This document shows, one piece after another, positions 22,650-33,204 of a stretch of DNA of 64,000 nt; position 1 is the first letter of the stretch; each line of letters opens with the position of its first letter. The stretch lies in contig NC_091480.1 in the NCBI RefSeq assembly GCF_036971445.1, positions 61,630,001 through 61,694,000 of the forward strand, given 5' to 3'. The translations under genes were made by a program, and so were the position numbers. The notes beneath the pieces were generated by a model that was not told the DNA's origin, ran no database searches, and worked only from the letters and a program-made list of their open reading frames with translations. This DNA is from Narcine bancroftii (lineage: Eukaryota).

Positions 22650-25031
22650 ATGAATAGGGGGGATCACGGTTCTCAGTCAATACACACCGTGGGGCTGCAC
22701 GGAGAACCATTGGTCAATTTAAGCATAGGACCCCACAGTGACAAGATGGTATATTTAGTAGATTCTGGGGCAGCCCGGTCTAGTATTTTACAACCACCCG
22801 AGGGTGTTAAGATAGAGGGGACAGTGATGATTTCGGGAGTAGGAGGAAGAGACTTTACGGTCCCTGTATTAAGAGATGTAAGAATACAAATGGGAGAAAA
22901 GATAATAACAGAGGATATTTTACTAGTTCCCCAAGATGGGGTTTGCTTGATGGGACGTGATTTACAGGACCAATTGGCTATCGGCACCAGACCACAGGAA
23001 TCAGGTATCGGGGTTCAATTGTATGTATTAAGCAAGGTAGATCGAGAACTAATAAATCCTGGAGTATGGGCAGAAAGAGGCAATAGAGGAGTGTTAGATA
23101 TTCCTCCCCTGGAAGTTACTTTAGAAGATTCTGAACAAGTAATTAGACGAAAACAGTATCCAATCTCTATGGCTGGCCGAAAGGGGCTGCAGCCAGTAAT
23201 TGGCCAGTTGGTGAAAGATGGTATACTCGAACCTTGTATTTCACCTTTTAATACCCCAATTTTACCTGTCCAAAAACCAGACGGTACCTATCGATTAGTG
23301 CAGGACTTGAGGGAGCTGAACAAAATTATTCTGACCCGTCACCCGGTTGTACCTAATCCCTATACAATAATGGGTAAAATCGATCCCCATAGTAAATGGT
23401 TTAGTGTGATTGACCTCAAAGATGCTTTCTGGACCTGTCCATTAGCAACAGAGAGCAGAGACATGTTTGCCTTTGAATAGGAAAATCCTTTTACTGGACG
23501 CAAGAATCAATACCAGTGGACGGTCCTTCCCCAGGGCTTTACAGAATCACCAAATTTATTCGGCCAGGTCTTAGAACAAATATTAGATGAGGCTCCTAGG
23601 AGAGAAAATTGTCCGTTGATACAATATGTTGATGATTTTTTAATTACGGAAAAAACGTACGAATTAGTTAAACAGTATACTGTTGAACTTTTGAATTTTC
23701 TGGAGAATAAGGGTCTCAGAGTGAGCGAATCCAAATTACAATTTGTTCAATCAGAAGTTAAATACTTAGATCGTCTGGTAAGTCAGGGAACTAGGAAAAT
23801 AAGTCCAGAGAGGATACGTGGTATTCTACAGATCCCACCTCCCAAGAATGCCCAAGAACTTAGGAAATTCCTTGGTTTAGTGGGATACTGTAGAATCTGG
23901 ATTGAAAATTATTCTAGCCTGGTCAGATTTCTCTATGACAAACTCATGATTCTAGGGGGTGAAGCTGTTGTCTGGACAGAGGAAGAGATTAAAGATTTTA
24001 ACTTGGTGAAACAGCGCCTTATGAGTGCCCCAGTGTTGGCTTTACCCAACCTAAATAAGCCATTTGACCTATATACCAATGCGAAAGGAGGTGTAGCCAC
24101 CGGAGTACTAACACAAGAGAGGGCAGGCTGTAGACAGCCAGTTGCTTTTCTGTCAAAAGTTTTAGACCCTGTTTGTCGTGGTTGGCCAGAATGTGTGCAA
24201 GCCATCGCAGCCACTGCTATTTTAGTTGAGGAAGGACGAAAGATTACGTTTGGTGCCCCGATGATAGTTCACACCCCTCACACAGTCCGCAATATTCTCT
24301 TACAACGTGCTGGAAGGTGGCTCACAGACTCTAGAATTTTAAAATATGAAGCGATCCTAATGGATAGGGATGATTTGATCCTGATTACGAATAAAGAACA
24401 CAATCCAGCAGCTTTCTTGGTTTCTCCAAATTCTGACAATACCATAAATGAGTTAGAGCATGTATGTTTAGAGGTAATAGATTTACAGACCAAAATTAGA
24501 GAGGATTTAAGTGATGAGCCTTTACAGGAGGGTGAAAGGTGGTTTATTGATGGATCTTCTCGTTGCATTGATGGCACTCGCTATAGCGGGTATAGTGTAG
24601 TGGATGGGAAAGAAGGAGTGGTGATTGAAGCCGGTCACCTTCCCGGTCATTGGTCAGCACAATCTTGTGAATTGTATGCCCTCTGTAGAGCTCTCCATGG
24701 TCTAGAGAACAAGGTGGGCACAATCTACACAGACTCAGAGTATGCTTTTGGTGTAGTGCACACATTTGGGAAGATCTGGAAAGAGCGGGGAATGATAACT
24801 GGAAAAGGACAAAAGTTGATCCATGAAAACTTAATTGTCCAATCTCTAGATGCTCTTACATTACCTGAGGAAATAGCTGTAGTTCATGTACGGAGCCATC
24901 AAAGTGGTGACAGTCCTGAAGCACAGGGGAACAGACAGGCAGATGCAGCTGCCAAACAGGCTGCGCTCACGGAGAAAATAGACATGCAGCTGTTACTGCC
25001 CGCCCCTGGAGTATCCTATTCATTCTATTAA
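22650..25031 (+). pseudogene. pol: ERV-A2 PR-RT-RNase H reading frame (single TAG at 23478-23480), integrase deleted
   Basis: ORFs 22650-23480 and 23616-25031 share one frame; DSG, YVDD and RNase H catalytic motifs are present. Confidence 0.92.
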
Positions 25032-25283
25032 ACCTGGTGATTGGGCATATGTAAAAGCATGGCAAGATCACCAACTAAAACCTGTCTGGGATGGCCCCTA
25101 TTGTGTACTTTTGATTACAGACACTGCCGTGCGAACGAAAGAAAAGGGATGGAGCCACATCCAACAAATTAAACGAGCTGCTGAACCACAGACTAACGAC
25201 ATTGATAATCTACCCTTCACCTGGCGTGCAGTCCTTCATCCTTCTGATCTGAAAGTTACACTACGCCCGGAAAAAGTGCTGTA

Positions 25284-26413
25284 ATGTTGTTTTTACCATT
25301 TACTGTATTGTTTACTTGTTGGTTCCCAATTTTTGGGACATCACTAAATTACTCACAATGTATTAAGTCCTCCTGGAATAGGGGCAGCAGAGGTGACAAT
25401 TATTTACCTTTAGAATATAGACAGGGCACAGATATAAAGTATAGTCATAGTGGGGTATGGGTTAATAATATAGGATCCCAACATGGACCAGGGGAACAGA
25501 ACGGCTCTAGAGGAGTAGATTTGATTTGTATTTTGGCCTCTACAGGTATTAAAGAGAGGAGTTTTAAAGGGATAGCATAAAGGAGATGGTGGGACAAAGA
25601 CAGACAGAATGGTAGTCAGGATTGTACATGTGGCAGAGATAGAGTTAATACTTATGCTAATGTTCACAGACAGGCTGCAACTCACAGGTTCAGTGATACT
25701 TATGCTAATATTGCCAGACAAGCTGCAACTCTCAGGTTAAGTGACAAGAAACACCCCTCCCCAACTTGGTCTCCTGTAAATCATCCTTTGGGTCACACAA
25801 GCATTCGGAATGTTAAAAAAACCATCACTGTAAGGGGAGTTCCAGCTGTAAACGAAGTAAGCTGCTCCAGAATACTAAAGCTGCTTGGCATTTAAATCGT
25901 TTAATCAGACTCCAGGCAGCCTTGGAGATCATCACCGAACAGATAGCAATGGCCCTGAATTTAGGGGAATAAGAAAAACGACAGATACGAGCCACATTTC
26001 AACAAAACCGCCTGGCTCTCAATTACTCGTTGGCTGCTGAAGGCAGCGTTTGTGAAAGACTGGTTAATGCCAATGCTCACAACGGTCAGGCAGTTAAAGA
26101 CACTTCTTCAGGAGTTCGAAAATCTTCCCATGCCCAGGTTCAGACTTGGCAACCTCGGTCCGGTGTGGGATGGACTAGACTTTTTATTGGTAACTGGAGT
26201 CTGATACCCACAGCCCTTATAGCAGCTGGACTCGCTATTCTGGCCATTATGGTGCTCCCCTGCCTAAAGACTTGTGTGCAGTATTTAATTCAACGGACCC
26301 CTCGTCAGAACACTATAATCCAAAGGATGTATGTTTCCCTCATTCTGTCTGATGATACTGAGACTGCAGTTCGTTTACTGACCAGCTGGGAAAAAGACCA
26401 AGTTTGCAAGTAA
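25284..26413 (+). pseudogene. env: ERV-A2 env remnant
   Basis: Inverted paralog of 2074-3898; QQNRLAL segment and TM helix. Confidence 0.85.
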
Positions 26414-26464
26414 TACATTTCAGTTGAGAGATCAGTATTACTGATCTAAAAGAAAAGTGAGGAT

Positions 26465-28538
26465 TGTGAGAGATGAGTGAAACTGATATAAAAATATGAA
26501 GATGAGGAAACTAATATCGATATATGGGTAAATGAATAAAGCCAGTATGAATAGGATAAGAAATGGATATTGGAATGTAGGAAGTAGAGTTAGTCTGAAT
26601 AAGATAAGGGTCTTCTAGCCCTAGATAGAATTAGTAGGTTTTGCATATGTAATTAGTAAGCCCTAGACCAGGGGTGTCAAACGCAAATTCACCGAGGGCC
26701 AAAATTAAAAACTTGGACTAAGTCGAGAGCCGAACTAAATATTTATTGAAAATTTTCAACAACATCTGCATGTTTTCTCTCAACATATGCAATGTTAAAC
26801 TTTTTCTTATTAAAATAAATGTTTAATAATAGTTTTGGTTAAACTCTTTCCATAAGAAGCATTAACAAATAAGAAATAAAATATTCAATAAATAATATTT
26901 CTCTCTAGCCTTTAAGCCAAGGATCGCATGTTGCCGAGAAGCATGCCAGGGAGCGACGGTCTGCAGGGAGCCCTCCCCAGCCCAGCCAGCAAACCCGAGC
27001 GGCATCCCCCCCCCGCCCCCTCTCCCTCCTCCGCCCCCGCCTCTCCCTGCCGCAACCGCCCCCAACAACCCAAGGAATCCCCGCTGGTCTCGCCATCTCA
27101 CCGGGAATACTGTGAGAGCGGTGGAACTCGTCCGCGACCTCCACGCCAGCGGAAAGTCCGATGGCCAGCAGCACCCACCCACATATGAAGCTCAAGGAGA
27201 CGTTGGAGCTAGGCGGCGGGTCCGTTGTAGCTAGGCGGCGGGTCCGTTGGAGCTAGGCGGCGGGTCCGTTGGAGCTAGGCGGCGGGTCCGTTGGAGCTAG
27301 GCGGCGGGTCCGTTGGAGCTAGGCGGCGGGTCCGTTGGAGCTAGGCGGCGGGTCCGTTGGAGCTAGGCGGCGGGTCCGTTGGAGCTAGGCGGCGGGTCCG
27401 TTGGAGCTAGGCGGCGGGTCCGTTGGAGCTAGGCGGCGGGTCCGTTGGAGCTAGGCAGCGGGTGCGTTGGAGCTAGGCGGCGGGTCCGTTGTATCGGCGT
27501 CGTTGTGAATATCTAATTAACGTTCCCGTTAACTATATCGGTGTACTGCTGTCCCTGCTGTGGAAGTGCTAAAAACTACTATGGTGGTGCCTGCTGCTGT
27601 GCATGTGCTATACTTGCGCGGCGGCCAGCGGGCCAACTCTAATATATATTTAATATGATTTTGCGGGCCAAATATAATTATATCGCAGGCCAAATATGGC
27701 CCGCGGGCCAGAGTTTGACATGTGTGCCCGAGACTATTAAGTTCTACATATGAAGAGGTTGTAGCCCTGAGAGTTGGGAAGGTGTAAATTAGAACAAAGA
27801 CAGGTTTGAGAATAAGGACAATAAGGACAATGACATGATGAGACACCGACAGGATACCCCCTGGTCCTCCAAGTTCACAGAAACAGCACGTAGGCAGGCA
27901 GGATTGCCTAATGCCAAACCTATCCAGGAGGCAGAAGAATGTAAGGGGGAGGGTATTCCTATACTGAAATCAACTGTATAAAAGTTGGGTGAGCCCCAGT
28001 GTGTGTGTGTATTCCCAGGGTAAGGGGAAGCACCCAACTTTGCATTGTTGTATAATAAATGTTCTTTGTTCTCAGTTTTTGTCTCTAGCAATTTCTGTGA
28101 AGGTACTTCTGTTTCTAATAATGTATACAAACTGAATAGTACATAAGCAAATATTCTACATATTTTCTATGATTAATTAACCCCTATATTCCAACACATC
28201 AGTGCGTAAGATCGCGTCTCCCTGGCTCGCATTGGGCATTCTCTCTTAAAATGTCCCTCCTTTTTACAATGGTAGCAAACTAATGCTCCTGTTTCCCAAT
28301 TCCTACCGGGATTACCACGAGGTCCCGGGAACAGTCCTCATCCCCGGAATTCCCCTCTACCCTTGCCCCTGCTCTGGTCTCTACTCTCCCACTCCCGGAG
28401 CTCCTCCCAATGACCAGGAGCTGGCACACAGCCCCTACCCTTTCCTTGCTGTCCCTCCACAACTTCCTTGACTGCCTGCATCAAAATCTTAGCCTTTCCT
28501 TTCTGTTTATTTCTGTGAAGGTACTTCTGTTTCTAACA
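26465..28538 (+). repeat. 3' LTR of ERV-A2, containing a MITE and an inverted insert
   Basis: PPT precedes it; the terminal 30 bp are duplicated around 28121-28508. Confidence 0.88.
26669..27726. mobile_element. hAT/Charlie MITE (same insertion as 894-1795)
   Basis: caggggtgtcaaac...gtttgacatgtgtg; TSD ccctagac/cccgagac; 13-unit 22-bp minisatellite. Confidence 0.88.
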
Positions 28539-29282
28539 GTTCCTTATGTCACTGGTGTCATTGATACTCTCATAAAGCACACAATCCGAATCGTTTTCCA
28601 TAGAGAAATACCAGGTAGGGGTTGCAGGATGCCAAACAGCTGTAGTATTCTTGAGCAGCTTAAGCCGTTTACAACTGGAATTCTCCTTATAGTGACGGCC
28701 TTTAGCCTTCCGAATGCATTCATCACCCAATGGATGATTTGCAAGATGCCAAGTTTTGGTGGGCGTTCAATTTTATTCGTTGTACCATTAAAGCGTAGAA
28801 GTTCCCATATATCCAAAGGCTCACCTTGCCAGGGCCAGGTACCATCTCTAGTTGGCCCTCCGCAAATCCAACAATTCTTCCACCCCAGCAAGTCAGCTGT
28901 TCGTTGACTTACCCATTTATTGTCACCTAACCGGTGAGTAGCAGCCTATGTGCGAGCATTAGCATATATATCCCCTTTATTCCTACTCCAGGTATAGCCC
29001 TGACTAATATTTTGCTTATAATCCTCCCACCATCTCCTTTGTACCATATTCTTGGCACTTGTCTTTTTAATACCCGTAGAGGCCGGGACGCAAACCCAAG
29101 CCACTCCCCTAGGACAGTTCTGCTTCCCTGGTCCATGTTGGGATTCTAAATTAAACCATAATAAATAAGGTACCCCACTATGAATACACTCTATACCTGT
29201 GCCCTGTCTGCATTCTAAAGGTCAACTTGTCCATTTCTCAAAGTAATTATCACCTCTGCTGCCCCTATTCCAGGAGGACTTT
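28539..29282 (-). pseudogene. env: ERV-C env SU middle part
   Basis: NCWICGG (gamma-type CXXC isomerase motif) and WPWQG. Confidence 0.88.
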
Positions 29283-29284
29283 AA

Positions 29285-32200
29285 TCTTCTCTTTGGCTTG
29301 GCTTCGCGGATGAAGATTTATGGAGGGGGTAAATGTCCACATCAGCTGCAGGCTCGTTTGTGGCTGACAAGTCCGATGTGGGACAGGCAGACACGTTTGC
29401 AGCGGTTGCAGGGGAAAATTGGTTGGTTGGGGTTGGGTGTTGGGTTTTTCCTCCTTTGTCTTTTGTCAGTGAGGTGGACTCTGCGGTCTTCTTCAAAGGA
29501 GGTTGCTGCCCGCCGAACTGTGACGCGCCAAGATGTACGGTTTGAGGCGATATCAGTCCACTGGCGGTGGTCAATGTGGCAGGCACCAAGAGATTTCTTT
29601 AGGCAGTCCTTGTACCTCTTCTTTGGTGCACCTCTGTCACGGTGGCCAGTGGAGAGCTCGCCATATAACACGATCTTGGGAAGGCGATGGTCCTCCATAC
29701 TGGAGACGTGACCCACCCAGCGCAGCTGGATCTTCAGCAGCGTGGACTCGATGCTGTAGGCCTCTGCCATCTTGAGTACTTCGATGTTAGGGATGAAGGC
29801 GCTCCAATGAATGTTGAGGATGGAGCGGAGACAACGCTGGTGGAAGCGTTCTAGGAGCCGTAGGTGATGCCGGTAGAGGACCCATGATTCGGAGCCGAAC
29901 AGGAGTGTGGGTATGACAACGGCTCTGTATACACTTATCTTTATGAGGTTTTTCAGTTGGTTGTTTTTCCAGACTCTTTTGTGTAGTCTTCCAAAGGCGC
30001 TATTTGCCTTGGCAAGTCTGTTGTCTATCTCGTTGTCGATCCTTGCATCTGATGAAATGGTGCAGCCGAGATAGGTAAACTGGTTGACTGTTTTGAGTTT
30101 TGTGTGCCCGATGGAGATGTGGGGGGGGATGGTAGTCATGGTGGGGATCTGGCTGATGGAGGACCTCCGTTTTCTTCAGGCTGACTTCCAGGCCAAACAT
30201 TTTGGCAGTTTCCGCAAAACAGGACGTCAAGCGCTGAAGAGCTGGCTCTGAATGGGCAACTAAAGCGGCATCGTCTGCAAAGAGTAGTTGACGGACAAGT
30301 TGCTCTTGTGTCTTGGTGTGAGCTTGCAGGCGCCTCAGATTGAAGAGACTGCCATCCGTGCGGTACCGGATGTAAACAGCGTCTTCATTGTTGAGGTCTT
30401 TCATGGCTTGGTTCAGCATCGTGCTGAAGAAGATTGAAAAGAGGGTTGGTGCGAGAACACAGCCTTGCTTCACGCCATTGTTAATGGAGAAGGGTTCAGA
30501 GAGCTCATTGCTGTATCTGACCCGACCTTGTTGGTTTTCGTGCAGTTGGATAACCATGTTGAGGAACTTTGGGGGGCATCTGAGGCGTTCTAGTATTTGC
30601 CGAAGCCCTTTCCTGCTCATGGTGTCAAAGGTTTTTGTGAGGTCAACAAAGGTGATGTAGAGTCCTTTGTTTTGTACTCTGCACTTTTCTTGGAGCTGTC
30701 TGAGGGCAAAGACCATGTCAGTAGTTCCTCTGTTTGCGCGAAAGCCGCACTGTGATTCTGGGAGAATATTCTCAGCGACACTAGGTATTAATCTATTTAG
30801 GAGAATCCTAGCGAAGATTTTGCCTGCAATGGAGAGCAGCGTGATTCCCCTGTAGTTTGAGCAGTCTGATTTCTCGCCTTTGTTTTTGTACAGGGTGATG
30901 ATGATGGCATCACGAAGGTCCTGAGGCAGTTTTCCTTGGTCCCAACAAAGCTTGAAAAACTCATGCAGTTTGACATGCAGAGTTTTGCCGCCAGCCTTCC
31001 AGACCTCTGGGAGGATTCCATCCATACCTGCTGCTTTGCCACTTTTCAGTTGTTCAATTGCCTTATATGTCTCATCCTGGGTGAGGACCTCATCCAGCTC
31101 TAGCCTTCGGGGCTGTTGAGGGAGCTGGAGCAGGGCGGAATCTTGGACTGAGCGGTTGGCACTGAAAAGAGATTGGAAGTGTTCTGACCATCGGTTGAGG
31201 ATGGAGATCTTGTCGCTGAGGAGGACTTTGCCGTTTGAGCTGCGCAGCGGGCTTTGGACTTGGGGTGAGGGGCCGTACACAGCCTTTAGAGCCTCGTAGA
31301 AACCCCTGAAGTCGCCAATGTCCACGCTGAGCTGGGTTCGCTTGGCGAGGCTAGTCCACCACTCATTTTAGATCTCCTGGAGTTTGCGCTGAAGATGGCT
31401 GCATGCGCGACGGAAGGCTTGTTTCTTCTCTGGACAGGACGGCTTTGTAAGGAGAGCCTGGTGGGCAGCTCGCTTCTTTGCCAGCAGCTCCTGGATTTCC
31501 TGGCTGTTATCGTCGAACCAGTCCTTGTTTTTCCTGGAGGAGAAGCCCAGTACCTCTTCAGTGGATTGCAGTATGGTAGTCTTCAGCTGATCCCAGAGGG
31601 TTTCAGGGGACGAGTCCGTGAGGCGGATTGCATCGTCGAGCTTTGCTTTGAGGTTTGCCTGGAAGTTTCCTCTCACTTCGTCTGACTGCAGCTTTCCAAC
31701 ATTGAACCTCTTTCTGGGGGCTTTACTGTTCCTGGGCTTTGGCTTGAAGTGAAGGTTGAGCTTGCAGCGAACCAGCCGGTGGTCAGTGTGGCATTCCGCG
31801 CTGGGCATGACCCTGGTGTGGAGCACATCTCGTTTGTCTCTTTCTCGCACCAGGACGTAGTCCAGGAGGTGCCAGTGTTTGGATCGGGGATGCATCCAGG
31901 TAGTCTTCAGGCTGTCCCTCTGCTGAAAAAGGGTGTTTGTAATGATAAGCCGCTGTTCTGCGCAGAGCTCCAACAGGAGGCGCCCATTGTCGTTGCACTT
32001 GCCGACACCATGCTTGCCCAGGATTCCTGGCCAGGTTTCTGAGTCTTTGCCGACGTGAGCGTTGAAGTCGCCAAGGATGACAACCTTGTCGGCTGTAGGG
32101 GTGCGTTGAATGACGTTGCGCAGGTCAGTGTAGAACTTGTCCTTTTCTGCTGGTTCCGCCTGGAGGGTTGGAGCATAGACACTGATGAGGGTGATGCGAC

Positions 32201-32993
32201 ACTTGTTTTGAAGGGGGCGTCGCATGGACATGATCTGGTCCGAGTGGCCTGTCGGGAGGTTTTCGAGTTTGGAGGCAATGGAGTTCTTGACCTTGAAGCC
32301 TACACCAGATAGGCGTCGTTCATCCAAAGGCTTGCCAGACCAGTAGAGTGTGTAGCCCGGGCCGCGTTCTTGAAGTCCGCCTACATCTGCCAGGCGGTCT
32401 TCACTGAGAGCGGCTATGTTGATGTCAAGTCTGAGGAGTTCATGTGCAATGAGGGCAGACCGACGTCAGGTCGGTGGCTGTCAGCCTTGTCTAGCATGGT
32501 TCTGATGTTCCAGCATGCTAGCTTGAGTTTGTGGGCATCTTTTGCCGTGGAGGGGGAGGACGTGGAGGGGGAGGACGTGAAGGGGGAGGACGTGGACCTG
32601 TCCTCGGGCCTGCGCAAAGGAGCTTTTAGGTGAAGTGCAGTGCGCGCAGTACTGGCCCCACCCTTTACACCCATGGTTCGTGTGCCGTGGCCAAGCAAGC
32701 TAGGACGTGGCAGCGAGGTCCTTGGGTCATAGGTTTTATATCGGAGTGGCCTTCTCCTATGCAGGTTTCTTACCCGGGCTGGAGGGGCCTGCCTACCCTC
32801 CTAGGTTGGTCCATACTGCCCGGACCGGGGCTGAGGCCACCGCTGCTCTTCCTGTGCCCGGACTGGGGCCGCCGCTTCCAACTCTCTGCCCGGACTGGGG
32901 CCTCTGCCTGCCTCACTCGACCGAGGCCGGGGCCGCCACCTCCCCCTTGCTCCTGCCCGGATCGGGGCCGCCGCCGCCTACCCTCTGCCCGGT
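29285..32993 (-). mobile_element. Near full-length RTE-clade LINE (APE endonuclease and RT)
   Basis: CWNIRTM, SVYAPT, LGDFNA, LLDYVL, TDHRL; NYRGITLL, GVKQG, LFADD; GC-rich repetitive 5' UTR; a few stops and frameshifts. Confidence 0.93.
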
Positions 32994-33204
32994 TTGTGTA
33001 AGAGAGTTCAAAATGTCCTATCCTCAAGTGTTTCCTAATCCTCCTGAAAGATCTGCATGTAACTTTTAGAGTATGTCATCTGGTCCGAAACTCCCCATCT
33101 GGCAAAGTAGCTATTTTTTTTTCTGTACAATTGTGTACAATTGGGTAGTTTCCCAAAAATTGGGAACCAGCTGGAAAACAATACAGCAAATAGTAAAAAT
33201 AACA

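Larger units (their letters stand above)
10926..28538 (+). mobile_element. Defective class I ERV, copy A2, inserted in ERV-C env
   Basis: Perfect TSD gttc (10922-10925 and 28539-28542); LTRs, PBS-Pro at 11522-11539, gag-pro-pol-env remnants. Confidence 0.93.
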
